A DNA stretch of 64,000 nucleotides from a virus (IMGVR_UViG_3300014613_000027:6487-70486), one strand, 5' to 3'; positions 1-10,467 are shown, numbered from the stretch's first letter. Notes: generated by a model from the sequence alone, not told the origin. Numbers and translations: made by a program.

Positions 1-495
1 AAGCAGAAGGAATTCGAGGATACTTGGTGTAAGAAATGGTGGGCGCATAACAAGACATACGCTAGATATGTCTTGATAGGATATGGGGATACTAAACCGT
101 CTGTAGAATCAATTAAAGATGTTGTTGTTTCTATCTATAGTGAGGGTACCTCGGAGTGTGAACGAGATAAATTTTTGAGTATTGCATATAATATTGCTCA
201 AAAGAAAGTTAGTGTTGATTATAGTAAAGAAGAATTTAAACAAGATATGTTTAAATATATAGTCTTAGATGCTCCCTGGTATTTTGAATCAGTGATAAGA
301 ACTTTAAACAAACTTGAGGAGGATTATGAAATTGTTAAGATTGTGGCTAAGAATTTGTATGCCAGGTCTTTTCATATCGCAGAGTTAATTAACTTGGTAA
401 AACCAAAAAAATCAAATGAAGGTCCGATGAGTGTATCGGAAAGAGAATTGATGGATTCAACATCGAATTACGGAAGGAAGAAAAATGAAGTATAA
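1..495 (+). CDS. Hypothetical protein, 5'-truncated by the window edge
   Basis: The frame of track ORF 73..495 is open from position 1 (KQKEFEDTWCKKWW...). Its stop overlaps the next start. Confidence 0.7.
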   Translation, partial: KQKEFEDTWCKKWWAHNKTYARYVLIGYGDTKPSVESIKDVVVSIYSEGTSECERDKFLSIAYNIAQKKVSVDYSKEEFKQDMFKYIVLDAPWYFESVIRTLNKLEEDYEIVKIVAKNLYARSFHIAELINLVKPKKSNEGPMSVSERELMDSTSNYGRKKNEV

Positions 496-1840
496 CATGC
501 CGCATAAGCGGGAAAAAGAGATGGATGATGGTGGTGGAGGCAGTGTGAGTACACATGCACATAAACTGTATAGGCCCTTGCCTCTTAAGACTGGAGGGAA
601 AAATAGTAACGAAGTTCATATACCGTTATTCAGTCCTGCTAAATGGAGTATGTTTAATCCTACTCCTGAACAAGTTGCTAAGTATGGTATGGCGGGAGAT
701 GGTACTGGAGTTGTAGGGGTACCTGCGGATATAGGCACTTTCTATTTCAAACTAGCAGTGCATACCGTATCTGATTACAGAAGACCTGATGGTTCGGTAG
801 GGTTTGCATACATATTGTGTCCAATTGGGTTGAATGACTATTTAGTAAAGACTTTAGGGTATGAACCCTTGTTTGAAAATCCTCGATGTGCTCATTGTGA
901 GAAAGAGCAGGAGTGGTGGGGAGATCACAATGCTAGATGGGCTGAACTCGGGTATTCAGAGGAGGACAAAAAGGGGCTGGTTACAGAGGATTATCGTAAG
1001 ATCATAGATGGTGATAGTATCTTGAAGAACACAAGGAAAGTTGCTAGAGGTTATAAATCTAGTGATAGGTATGTGATTGGTATTTTCGATCATGATAAAT
1101 ACACAGGGAAGAGGCCAATGGATGATGGTCAAGAAGCCTTAGCATACCAACTTTGGCTTGCTCCGAAGAGTATCAAGGAGAAGCTTGTTCACATTCATGA
1201 AATCAATGAGAGTAATGTTAGTCAGGGTCTCGATGTTCCTTTCTTTGACACATCATCTCCGCAGGGACTTCATATTCTAACAGTCTCTAAGGACACGACT
1301 GACTGTAAGGGTAATGATCTTCGCTTTACTAAGTATGATGTGACTCCAGGCAAAAAGGCCGTGTATCCTCCAGAGTGGATTGCATACTTTGATAACTTGG
1401 ATGCTATGGTTGATCCTTCTGACTTTGTATTCTTGGCAAATTATGATGATATGATGCATGAATTAGGTGCTGCTAAGAAACCTTCGAGCAATTATCAGCA
1501 GCCTGCTGCTGTACCTCCTAAAATGAATCTGCCTAATGAAGGTAGGGCTCCAGAACCTTCTGTACCAGCACCTCCTGTACAGCCAGTTGCACAAAATGTT
1601 GCTCCAGTACCTCCTGCTTCACCTGCTCCTGTGAGTGTAGGCGGTCCCCCAGTGCCTTCTATACCTGCGTTGAGCAATACTGCTCCTCCAGTTGTACCAG
1701 CACCTCCAGCTCAGGCTGGGCAGTCTCCTGTGGCTCCTCCATCTCAAGCAGGGCCACCCCCTACAGCAGGTCTTCCTGTTACACCTGATAGAACTCCTCC
1801 TGCGGGATCTCTTCCTCCAGGACATAAGGTCAAGTGGTAG
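485..1840 (+). CDS. Putative single-stranded DNA-binding protein (T4 gp32-like) with Pro-rich C-terminal tail
   Basis: H..C..CxxC pattern (VHTV...ILCP...CAHC) and RKVAR..Y segment resemble gp32-type SSBs. It lies directly upstream of recA. The last ~110 aa are Pro/Ala-rich. Confidence 0.55.
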   Translation: MKYNMPHKREKEMDDGGGGSVSTHAHKLYRPLPLKTGGKNSNEVHIPLFSPAKWSMFNPTPEQVAKYGMAGDGTGVVGVPADIGTFYFKLAVHTVSDYRRPDGSVGFAYILCPIGLNDYLVKTLGYEPLFENPRCAHCEKEQEWWGDHNARWAELGYSEEDKKGLVTEDYRKIIDGDSILKNTRKVARGYKSSDRYVIGIFDHDKYTGKRPMDDGQEALAYQLWLAPKSIKEKLVHIHEINESNVSQGLDVPFFDTSSPQGLHILTVSKDTTDCKGNDLRFTKYDVTPGKKAVYPPEWIAYFDNLDAMVDPSDFVFLANYDDMMHELGAAKKPSSNYQQPAAVPPKMNLPNEGRAPEPSVPAPPVQPVAQNVAPVPPASPAPVSVGGPPVPSIPALSNTAPPVVPAPPAQAGQSPVAPPSQAGPPPTAGLPVTPDRTPPAGSLPPGHKVKW

Positions 1841-1843
1841 GCT

Positions 1844-2881
1844 ATGAGCCCTAAGAGCAAACCAAAGGAAGATAAGGTAGTTCTACCTCCTGTAAGTCGA
1901 GAGATGAGCATTGTTGAGGGCTTGAGAAAAATTAATAAGGATCAAGACGGTGGTGCAATGCTTATGTCGGGTGGTGTAGCTGATGACATATCTAAGAGAT
2001 CCAGCGGTATTTTATCTTTAGATATAGTTTTAGGTGGAGGTTACCCCTACGGTAGAATTATAGAGATCTACGGACCTGAAGGAGCGGGTAAAACCACATT
2101 AACTTTACATGCTATTGAGGCTGTTCAGAGAGCTGGTGGTGCATGTATGTTTATAGATGCCGAGCATGCTTTGGTTCCTCAATATGCAGAAGCTCTAGGT
2201 GTGGACTTATCAAAACTTATCTTGGATCAACCATCTTGCGGCGAGGAGGCTCTGGAGTTAATTGAAAATGCGGCCTCCTTAATGAAGCCAGGGGATCTTA
2301 TAGTAGTTGATAGTGTGGCAGCTCTTACTCCACAGGCCGAGATTGACGGTGAAATGGGTGCTTCTCATATGGGGCTTCATGCCAGATTGATGGGTCAAGC
2401 TATGCGAAAATTAGCTGGAGTTCTATCTAGATCTGGTGTGATTGTTATCTTTATCAATCAGACTCGGGATAAGATTGGCATAATGTTTGGTTCACCTGTT
2501 ACTACTACTGGAGGCAATGCGCTTAAGTTTTATGCTTCTATGAGAATTGAGACTAAAAGGTCGGGTGCTGTTAAAAAGGGTGATGTTGTAATTGGCAACG
2601 GGTTGAAACTAAAATGTATAAAAAACAAATTCTACCCACCATTTCGAGAAGCTGAAACTACTCTGAGGTATGGTAAAGGAATTCTTAGAACACTTGATGT
2701 GCTTACTGTTGGCAAACTTGTAGGTATTGTCGAAGCAAGTGGTGCTTGGCTTAGTTATCAAGGTACAAGGCTAGGTCAAGGTTTGGAGAATGCTGCTGAA
2801 GATGTCTCTATAGAGATAATTGACGAGCTAGAACAGAAGATACTGGATATTTACAAAATTAACCGAAACAAGGAAATATAA
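1844..2881 (+). CDS. recA: RecA recombinase
   Basis: SSGILSLDIVLGGGYPYGRIIEIYGPEGAGKTTL (Walker A), IVVDSVAAL (Walker B), FINQTRDKIG, TTGGNALKFYASMR. Confidence 0.97.
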   Translation: MSPKSKPKEDKVVLPPVSREMSIVEGLRKINKDQDGGAMLMSGGVADDISKRSSGILSLDIVLGGGYPYGRIIEIYGPEGAGKTTLTLHAIEAVQRAGGACMFIDAEHALVPQYAEALGVDLSKLILDQPSCGEEALELIENAASLMKPGDLIVVDSVAALTPQAEIDGEMGASHMGLHARLMGQAMRKLAGVLSRSGVIVIFINQTRDKIGIMFGSPVTTTGGNALKFYASMRIETKRSGAVKKGDVVIGNGLKLKCIKNKFYPPFREAETTLRYGKGILRTLDVLTVGKLVGIVEASGAWLSYQGTRLGQGLENAAEDVSIEIIDELEQKILDIYKINRNKEI

Positions 2882-3195
2882 TGAACCCTAAACCTGACAA
2901 CGAGTTATTAAGTGATAGCTATATAGACATCATTAAAGGTAAACTGCATAAACTTGATGACAGTATTCTGAGTGAAGATGTAGATATTTTGTGTAAATAT
3001 ATTGTTATCAGGTTTTTGAAGACTTCTCCTGAGATTGCGGTAGTTACTAAAGAAGATGTACTGAAAAGAATGGAAGAATTCATATCCGAGATATGGCCGT
3101 TCGTACTTACTTTTGTGAGTGTAGTAAATTCTTCTCCTCTGCATCCGTCAAAATCTGAACTGTTTGGTGGATCTGCTGAAGATTCTGAGGCATAG
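2881..3195 (+). CDS. Hypothetical protein
   Basis: 104-aa ORF translationally coupled to recA (TAATG overlap). Confidence 0.7.
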   Translation: MNPKPDNELLSDSYIDIIKGKLHKLDDSILSEDVDILCKYIVIRFLKTSPEIAVVTKEDVLKRMEEFISEIWPFVLTFVSVVNSSPLHPSKSELFGGSAEDSEA

Positions 3196-3197
3196 TT

Positions 3198-4331
3198 ATG
3201 GTTGAGCAAGTTAAGTTTATAGCCTATTCGGATATTCATTATGATCGGCTAGGGGCCAAGTGCCTCACAATTAAAGATTGTGAGGAAATTGAAAGAGCAG
3301 TTCATGAAAGAATGAATGCTGGTTTTGACTTTTCTATATTCTGTGGTGATAGGTTTCTTAAGCGAGAACCTGAAGATGAAGTGAAGACTCGGGCGGATAG
3401 GGTTATGCTTGATATAATAGATAAGCGTGAATATAGAACTTGTTTTCAGTTAATTGGTAATCATGATTGGGTTACACGATCTAAACAATGGCATACTTCT
3501 AAATCTATAAATCGAGTTGGTCATGCTATAGAGGTTTTAAGTCATCCCTGTACACAGAAGTTTGTGCAGTTGTGTGAAGCTGATTACCGACAACAGACTA
3601 ATATCCATGCTCTTCCTGCTGGATTTGAAATGGATATGAGTGTTTACGATATAGATCCGAAAGCCTTAAATCTCTTCATATTTCATGACATGGTTACTGG
3701 ATGTAAGCTGGATGATGACGGTAAGGTTCTGGCTGAGAGTGGTATCAGTCTAGCTAGTATTGATAGGTCGGAATTTGACCTCGTGCTTGGTGGAGATATT
3801 CATGTTCCTCAGAGGTTGCCTTTTAAGAATACTCGTGGGGGTTATGTAGGTGCAGTTCTGCAGAGAACTCGTGCTGATGCTAATTGTGATCGAGGTTGGA
3901 TGGAGGTTACTGCAACCAGGGAAGCTTCCGGTAAGTGGGATTTCGATATAGACTTTGTGCCAGTTAGGGGGTTCTTTACTAAGTTTTCTTTTCAAGTTGA
4001 TGCAAATAGTAAATATGAAGGTCTTAGATTAGATGAAAATAGGATTGCAGATACTCATTGTGAAGTTGAGCTGATCGGTTCTCGGGCTGATGTGGATAGG
4101 ATAGCTAATGATCCACGATGGGAGAACTATAACACTTATTACAATACAAGAAATCTGATGCTAACTCGAAAGTATAAGGTCGAAAAGCAGGAAGCTGTTG
4201 TAGATATGAGTGAATCTCATGGTGTTATGGATGATTTGAATATGTATCTCGATAGTGGTTTTGTGGATATTGGTAATTTACCTAGAGCAGGTATAGTAGG
4301 TGTGGTCAATTCAGTATTGGAGGTTAAGTAA
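3198..4331 (+). CDS. sbcD: SbcD/Mre11-like metallophosphoesterase nuclease
   Basis: Phosphoesterase motifs SDIH, GDRF, GNHD, FHD, GDIH; adjacent to an SMC-type ATPase. Confidence 0.85.
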   Translation: MVEQVKFIAYSDIHYDRLGAKCLTIKDCEEIERAVHERMNAGFDFSIFCGDRFLKREPEDEVKTRADRVMLDIIDKREYRTCFQLIGNHDWVTRSKQWHTSKSINRVGHAIEVLSHPCTQKFVQLCEADYRQQTNIHALPAGFEMDMSVYDIDPKALNLFIFHDMVTGCKLDDDGKVLAESGISLASIDRSEFDLVLGGDIHVPQRLPFKNTRGGYVGAVLQRTRADANCDRGWMEVTATREASGKWDFDIDFVPVRGFFTKFSFQVDANSKYEGLRLDENRIADTHCEVELIGSRADVDRIANDPRWENYNTYYNTRNLMLTRKYKVEKQEAVVDMSESHGVMDDLNMYLDSGFVDIGNLPRAGIVGVVNSVLEVK

Positions 4332-4513
4332 TGAAATTGGTAGGATATAAATGTGAGAAATGCGGTCATGATGACGAAGAACTTTTTAATGATACTGAGG
4401 AGAAGCCAAAAGTGCTTAAGCGTAAATGCAAAAAGTGCAAAGGTAAGCTTGTAATTAACGATATAAAGAATAATTGTCATCGATGGAAGTTTTTGGATCT
4501 TGGTGGTATCTAG
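4331..4513 (+). CDS. Small zinc-ribbon protein (FmdB-like)
   Basis: YKCEKCG...KCKKCKG in 60 aa, located between sbcD and sbcC. Confidence 0.65.
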   Translation: MKLVGYKCEKCGHDDEELFNDTEEKPKVLKRKCKKCKGKLVINDIKNNCHRWKFLDLGGI

Positions 4514-4515
4514 AG

Positions 4516-6558
4516 ATGCTTCAAATTCATTACATCAATCCGAGTGGTTTGTTTAGTTACGGATATTCCGAAGGTGTCTACTTCAGAGATGGAAAGCTTG
4601 TTAATCTAGTTGGAGTAGATGCGGACAATGGAGGTAGCTCTAACGGAGCTGGCAAGAGTTCTCTATTCAACTCTCTATGCGAGCTGTTATTTGGCAGTAA
4701 CCCTACTGATGTAAATGGGCCTAGCATTGTGAATAATATCTGGGGTAAGGGTTGTTGTGCTAGGACAGAGTTTACTTCCTGGGAGAAGATCAGGTATAGA
4801 GTTACACTATGTAGAGACTGGAAAGAAACTTATTATCCAGCAGATAATGACAATCAGGTAGCCTATAAAGGTACTGGGTTATTTCTGGATAAATACGAGA
4901 ATGATATTTGGAAAGACTGTCAAGGTGCTGGGATGCCGGATACCAGGAAAATAATCCTGGAGAAGGTTGGTATTCCTTATAGTAGGTTTCTTTCTATTGC
5001 TTACATGTCTCACAGGGTAGGTAACAAGTTCCTTCTTGGAACCAATAAAGACAGGATGGAGATACTTTCTGGTATTACTGGTGTTGAAGAGTGGGATTCT
5101 ATACGCGATAAATGCCGAGCTAAGAAGAGGGGGCTCCAGGATGAATCTAGTAGTCTAGGTGAGAAGGTATCCCATACAAGAGGTCTCCTGGAGGGTCTCC
5201 AGGCTCAATTAACTGAGTTGTGTAAGACTGACTGGAATGAGGCTCGAAGAAGCTATGAGAAGTCTCTGGAGAGTTCTAAGCGTAATGAGTTGATATATAC
5301 AGCGAAGCTTGTAGAAGTGAAGGAGAAGAAGGAGTTATGTATTGCAGAGTCTTTATATGGACAGGATACTAATGAATATCTGAATAAGGTAAATGAAAAT
5401 AGGCAGAAAATTGTAGAGCTTCAACATACCGAAGTTGAAAGACGTTCAAATCCTGAATTAGAGGAAAAACTAAGGCAAGTGGGGCAGGACATAGAGTATA
5501 CCCGAGGTCAACTATCTACATTTAGAGGCAAGGATGGGGCATTGTTGGAGCTTACGAAATGCCCTACTTGTGATAGTAATATTACAAAAACCAAAAAGGC
5601 TACAATAGAGAAGAATATAAGGTCTTTAACAGACGAGATTGCTGCTTTCGAGGCTGAGCGTGATCGTGTAACAAAGTTAATAAGTGATGAAGCTGAGAAG
5701 GCCAGATCTGAATGGGAGGATTTGAAAGCGAGGAATCAGCAGGAGATAGATAAGTTAGTTAAGAAAAATGATAAGCTCCTGCTTGTACATAACGAAAATA
5801 TGAAGAAACAAAATGCAATTCGATCTGAACTAAGTTTTTTGGAGAGTAGGATAATTGAATTGGAAAAGGATCTTTCTACTACTCAGCAGAATATACAGAA
5901 TATTTTTCAATGGATCGAAATGTGTGATCTTAATATAAGATCAATTGAGGATCTGGGTAAGAAGATTGAAGAGGCTAATAAGAGTTTGAATGTTTTGTTA
6001 GATTCTGCTCAAGAAATCTATAATAGGATGGAAGTTGTTAATTGGTTAATTAGCAATATTCCATTTATAAAATTACATAAGTTATCTACTTCGATGGTTA
6101 CATTATCCGACTATATAAATAGCTTTTTAGCCGATATGGGAGATTCTATCAGAGTTGAGATAAAAGCTTTTAGTGAGAAAAAGAGTGCAAATGCTGCTGG
6201 AGATTTTACCGATTTACTTAAAGGTGAAGTAAACGTAGAGATCGCAGATGGTGAGAAGAAGATAAATTCTAGGTTATACTCAGATGGTGAACTGGGTAGG
6301 ATCTCAAATGCTTTTGTAAGATCGCTTCGAGAAATGGCTTTGAAGTTTGGCTATGGGTGTAACATACTCATGCTAGATGAGATATTCTCTTTTATAGATT
6401 ACTATAATAGCCAAAGGTTGGCGGATAGCTTTGTAAAAAGCAATGCTGGAACTGTGATTATAACGGATAATTCAGAGCGAGCTGGTAATTTAATAGAGTT
6501 CGATGAAGTATGGGTTGCTAGAAAAAATAATAATCTAACTGTACTGGAGGTTAGCTGA
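4516..6558 (+). CDS. sbcC: SbcC/Rad50-like ATPase
   Basis: Walker A GSSNGAGKSS, coiled coils around zinc hook CPTC, signature YSDGE, Walker B LMLDEIF. Start moved to the ATG at 4516. Confidence 0.9.
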   Translation: MLQIHYINPSGLFSYGYSEGVYFRDGKLVNLVGVDADNGGSSNGAGKSSLFNSLCELLFGSNPTDVNGPSIVNNIWGKGCCARTEFTSWEKIRYRVTLCRDWKETYYPADNDNQVAYKGTGLFLDKYENDIWKDCQGAGMPDTRKIILEKVGIPYSRFLSIAYMSHRVGNKFLLGTNKDRMEILSGITGVEEWDSIRDKCRAKKRGLQDESSSLGEKVSHTRGLLEGLQAQLTELCKTDWNEARRSYEKSLESSKRNELIYTAKLVEVKEKKELCIAESLYGQDTNEYLNKVNENRQKIVELQHTEVERRSNPELEEKLRQVGQDIEYTRGQLSTFRGKDGALLELTKCPTCDSNITKTKKATIEKNIRSLTDEIAAFEAERDRVTKLISDEAEKARSEWEDLKARNQQEIDKLVKKNDKLLLVHNENMKKQNAIRSELSFLESRIIELEKDLSTTQQNIQNIFQWIEMCDLNIRSIEDLGKKIEEANKSLNVLLDSAQEIYNRMEVVNWLISNIPFIKLHKLSTSMVTLSDYINSFLADMGDSIRVEIKAFSEKKSANAAGDFTDLLKGEVNVEIADGEKKINSRLYSDGELGRISNAFVRSLREMALKFGYGCNILMLDEIFSFIDYYNSQRLADSFVKSNAGTVIITDNSERAGNLIEFDEVWVARKNNNLTVLEVS

Positions 6559-7103
6559 TGTCTAAGAAAAAGAAAGATACACTCAAGGGTAAAACGGACG
6601 ATATAGCAGAATCGGGTTGTAAGAGCTGCGATGATTATGATGATGTTTGTAAAGAATGTCGAGCGAAGGAGGAGGAGGAGGAGGATGAGGAAAATAATGG
6701 TTGGGGCAAAAAGTTTATTATGAGTTCTGTGAATGATGATGAAGATTTTCCTTTGGTGCTGGTAACAACCCCGACTAAATGTTTTATAGGAGCTTTTGTT
6801 CCTACTGAAGATGAGGATGAGAAGGGGTTATTTGTATGCTCACCTTTGATGATGCTTGAGGTTATGGATGAGCGAGAAAAAAAGATAGGGATAATGTTCC
6901 GTAAATTGTTTCATAACTTGGCTGTGCAGGAGTTTATTCGTGTAAGGTATGAATCCTTTGCATTCCTGAAATCTGCTTCGGTGTCCGACAGAGAGCTAGC
7001 TGTGAGGTACGGAAGAGAAGTTCTAAGTCTTCGGGCACTTGAATCTGGGGTACTAGTTCCTACTGCACAGGATGTAGGTCTGAGTAATATTGGTAAAAAT
7101 TAG
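6558..7103 (+). CDS. Hypothetical protein (acidic N-terminus, CxxC pair)
   Basis: 181-aa ORF with TGATG overlap. Confidence 0.7.
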   Translation: MSKKKKDTLKGKTDDIAESGCKSCDDYDDVCKECRAKEEEEEDEENNGWGKKFIMSSVNDDEDFPLVLVTTPTKCFIGAFVPTEDEDEKGLFVCSPLMMLEVMDEREKKIGIMFRKLFHNLAVQEFIRVRYESFAFLKSASVSDRELAVRYGREVLSLRALESGVLVPTAQDVGLSNIGKN

Positions 7104-7385
7104 ATGAGCAAGTATGCTGACAGAAATAATCAGCAAAATGTAATGCTGCGAAAAGAGAAAGCTGGTGAGAAGGCTGCTTCTACAACTAGAAAGTTTGATT
7201 TTATAAAGTATGAAGTGCTTCAAGCTGGTAGTGATATTACAATATTAAGTGGACTCTATGTTAATAGGAGTGTGAGAGAGCTTTGGAGTATTGGTCCTGC
7301 GGAGAGAGACTATATAATAGAGAAGCTCTGGTCTACTGGAGATGAAAAAGTGGTTCAGTTTATAAACAGTTTGGTGTGTGATTGA
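7104..7385 (+). CDS. Hypothetical protein
   Basis: 93-aa ORF abutting both neighbours. Confidence 0.65.
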   Translation: MSKYADRNNQQNVMLRKEKAGEKAASTTRKFDFIKYEVLQAGSDITILSGLYVNRSVRELWSIGPAERDYIIEKLWSTGDEKVVQFINSLVCD

Positions 7386-7816
7386 AATTTGTAGTTAACC
7401 ATATTCCGAAAGTTCAAAAGAATGATTTGATGATCAAGAAGTTTAAAAAGAATGGTCAGTGGATACGAGCAATAGGCCATTCGAAGAGGTTAGAGGAAGC
7501 TCGGCAGTATGCAGCAGTGGAGATATACAAGCAGTATAGAGATCAAGGTTTTTTAAAACCTATTGATTATTTATTCTGGGTACATTTTGTATTCTATGCA
7601 AAAAAGGTGCATGAACCAGATCTTGATAATCTGCCATCTATGTATTTGGATGCCATGCAGGGCGTTAAGCTTAACGGGTTGGTAGTTGCCAAAATATTGG
7701 TAGATGATAAGTTAAACAGACATGAAGACAGTAGGAAAATCATAGAAGGAGATAAGATATACAATGGAAATCCAAGAGTCGAAATTGAAATCGGACGATA
7801 CGAAGATGCCTGGTAG
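7382..7816 (+). CDS. rusA: RusA-like Holliday junction resolvase
   Basis: PDLDNL...LDAMQG...VDD acidic catalytic pattern and C-terminal PRVEIEI typical of RusA; located in the recombination cluster. Confidence 0.75.
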   Translation: MKFVVNHIPKVQKNDLMIKKFKKNGQWIRAIGHSKRLEEARQYAAVEIYKQYRDQGFLKPIDYLFWVHFVFYAKKVHEPDLDNLPSMYLDAMQGVKLNGLVVAKILVDDKLNRHEDSRKIIEGDKIYNGNPRVEIEIGRYEDAW

Positions 7817-9020
7817 CACCGTATCTGTTTCACCTCTAGCGCAACAGCATCAGGCTGTAATTACTATACCTTACGAGGAGTTAAGGACTCGTTTTGATAA
7901 GTACTGGAAGGAGCATTCCAAGGCTCTAGTAGATAGATTTAATGTTAAGCTGGAGAGAAAGAAGGAAGGTCGGGTTGATTTTAGTAAAGCCCAGAAAATT
8001 CTGGAGAAGACTATAAAGCCCAACAAACTATACAGGGAAACGCTTATAGATATTTTTATGGAGAAGCTGGATGAATTCAGCGGACAAAAGGGGAGTGTTC
8101 TCTTTCTGGAGAGTATAAGACTATCGGGTTTTGATAACAGCGACCAAGACTCTTTTTTGGTTGGGATGTTTTATTATGCTCCTGAATTGGAGTTGTTAGA
8201 AGAGATAGATTTTGTAGCGGAGAAACCCTTCAAAGAGAATTGGGGTGAGATTTGGGGTAAGAAGATTGAGAATCTCCAGCATAAACATAGGATTACAGCA
8301 CCTTGCGAAGAAGATGTTTATATTTCGGAGAGCATGCATGTTTTGATAGATATTCATGCGAGCAGTGATGGTAAGCCAGATCCTAATCTTTCACTTAAGC
8401 TCAAATGGTTGGAAGTGTCTCGTATAGAATCGAATACGTTTAAGACTGAGCTTTGTAAACATAAGAAGGGTGATACCTTCGATGTTATCTACGAAGTGGG
8501 TGATGATGGAGAGAAAGAAGCTTCTGCTCAAGTTAAAATCCATGAGATGGAGCACATAACTTATCCTGAAATAACTGATGAGTTAATAAAGAAATCGGAG
8601 CTTAGTTTTGGAGATAAGAACTTCGAAACTCTTGATGAGTATATGCAAAGTGAACTAAAACGGTATAGAGAATATTTGGATTCTGTACTAGCGAATGCTG
8701 CTACATCTCATATTTTGAACCAGATTGCTACGAAGTCAAAAATACCTCCAGCTCCAATGGGTTGGATAAATAATGTAGCTAAGCAGGGTATGGAAAAGCA
8801 TGTTAGTCAGAGTGGTGGAGATACTAATAAAGCTATGAAGTCTATTGGTGCAGCCAGCGAGTCTGATATGCTTAACTTATTCTGTGATCAGGCAAATAAC
8901 GAGTATGTTCGGCATTTGGCTACCAGGAAGTATGCATCTATGTATGATATGGAATATACTGACAGTGATGCATTAGTGGCTGATATGGCGAGTAAAATGA
9001 AATGGAAGGTAACGGCATAG
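7764..9020 (+). CDS. Trigger-factor-like chaperone (diverged)
   Basis: 418 aa with trigger-factor order: N-domain (VSVSPL..QAVITIPYEEL), FKBP-like core (VLIDIHASSDGK...KHKKGDTFDV...VKIHEMEHITYPEITDELIKK), then helical C-domain (FETLDEY...ILNQIATKSKIP). Confidence 0.65.
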   Translation: MEIQESKLKSDDTKMPGSTVSVSPLAQQHQAVITIPYEELRTRFDKYWKEHSKALVDRFNVKLERKKEGRVDFSKAQKILEKTIKPNKLYRETLIDIFMEKLDEFSGQKGSVLFLESIRLSGFDNSDQDSFLVGMFYYAPELELLEEIDFVAEKPFKENWGEIWGKKIENLQHKHRITAPCEEDVYISESMHVLIDIHASSDGKPDPNLSLKLKWLEVSRIESNTFKTELCKHKKGDTFDVIYEVGDDGEKEASAQVKIHEMEHITYPEITDELIKKSELSFGDKNFETLDEYMQSELKRYREYLDSVLANAATSHILNQIATKSKIPPAPMGWINNVAKQGMEKHVSQSGGDTNKAMKSIGAASESDMLNLFCDQANNEYVRHLATRKYASMYDMEYTDSDALVADMASKMKWKVTA

Positions 9021-9072
9021 TAAATAAAAGGAGCATTGTTAATGAAAGTTAGCAAGAAAGGATCGGAAAAAG

Positions 9073-9510
9073 ATGTCTAGGGAGAGAACGTGGCAAGACT
9101 GGGTTGTAGATTATATTATTAAGACAGGTGAGTGTCCTGGTGATATTCCTTCGTTTGGCTCACCCACGGATATGCTGACAAAGGAGAACTTTGATAAGTG
9201 CATTGCTCCGATGAAGAAGCATCGGCACAAGGATTGTCATTTTGTTCCTGAGATTTTGGGTATTGATAAAGCTATTGCGGGTATGAGGGAAATTAAAGTT
9301 GTCGAAGGAGATTATGAAAAGCGGGCAAGTTCCTTCAGTGGAGATATAAAAGAAGTTAAAGAATCCAAGAGGTTAGTTAAGTTGAAGGAAAACCTGCACC
9401 TTTATGTAGAGCGGATTCATTTTAAGTCAAATGGTTCTTTATCTGTCCCTACTCCTTTATTAGAAATTAATAGTTATATCAATAAATCCTTTTCAACTGA
9501 AAATGGCTAG
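9073..9510 (+). CDS. Hypothetical protein
   Basis: 145-aa ORF overlapping the next gene. Confidence 0.7.
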   Translation: MSRERTWQDWVVDYIIKTGECPGDIPSFGSPTDMLTKENFDKCIAPMKKHRHKDCHFVPEILGIDKAIAGMREIKVVEGDYEKRASSFSGDIKEVKESKRLVKLKENLHLYVERIHFKSNGSLSVPTPLLEINSYINKSFSTENG

Positions 9511-10081
9511 GGAGTTAATAGTTTGCAGTACTCCAGGGTGTAATAATAGAATCTGGAGTAATCTTAGTCCTAGAATGGGGAAGGAGTTTATTTTTTGTAA
9601 GATCTGTAGACATGCCCATTCATCCCATGCACTAATAATACAGGCGAAACACGGTAAATCAATTGCAGAAGTTATCGAGGAGGCTAAGATTTTTGCATCT
9701 GCTTCTCGGATGGCTGATTATATTGGTGTTAGCTTTGTAACAATGTATAACTGGATTCGTAAGTACTACGGAATGACGTTTCAAGAATTTCGGCGTAGGT
9801 ACATCTGTAAATCTGATAAGTGTTACTTACTTAATATTCGAAGATCATCTTATAGCAGGCATGATTATATACTAAAGAAAATACGAGATAAGAGGTATTG
9901 TGCTTGTATTAATGCTCTTGAAAAAGACCATATTATGACTGATGCTCCTATTAAGATAATTTCGTCTATATTGGTCGGACGCCCCCAAATTTCAAGGATT
10001 TCTGATAATACTTTTACTATTGTCCCGAGTCCTATTAGGTTCCCCCACAAGTTATTTCCTATATATAATCTTTATGACTGA
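9503..10081 (+). CDS. Zn-finger plus helix-turn-helix DNA-binding protein
   Basis: CSTPGC...CKIC followed by ASRMADYIGVSFVTMYNWIRK (HTH). Confidence 0.6.
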   Translation: MARELIVCSTPGCNNRIWSNLSPRMGKEFIFCKICRHAHSSHALIIQAKHGKSIAEVIEEAKIFASASRMADYIGVSFVTMYNWIRKYYGMTFQEFRRRYICKSDKCYLLNIRRSSYSRHDYILKKIRDKRYCACINALEKDHIMTDAPIKIISSILVGRPQISRISDNTFTIVPSPIRFPHKLFPIYNLYD

Positions 10082-10155
10082 TAGTTATAAATTATATCTA
10101 ACTAGAGTTAATGAAAATTAAAAGCCCCAATATAATGTAGTATATTGTATGTACT

Positions 10156-10467
10156 ATGAAGCGTGCAGAAAAAGAATATTTGAGGCAGGTTGTAGGCAAA
10201 GATGTTATGCATAGGCTAGAGAAATATTCTAGAATGAATAAGGCTTCTAACATACTAGATAATACTATGTGGTCCAATATGATCGACGGAGCTTTGAAGG
10301 CTCTGGAAATCATCTCAATTGCTACATTTGACTGGAAGCTGATAGCTATAGTAAAATTGCTACAGAGTTGGTTGAAAGATCAGCGAGAGGAAAAGAAGCA
10401 AGAGGAAATGCAATCACAATCGTACAGTGACACCAACTACGATCCTTGGGCAGGGACGACGTATTGA
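10156..10467 (+). CDS. Hypothetical protein
   Basis: 103-aa ORF after an AT-rich gap. Confidence 0.65.
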   Translation: MKRAEKEYLRQVVGKDVMHRLEKYSRMNKASNILDNTMWSNMIDGALKALEIISIATFDWKLIAIVKLLQSWLKDQREEKKQEEMQSQSYSDTNYDPWAGTTY

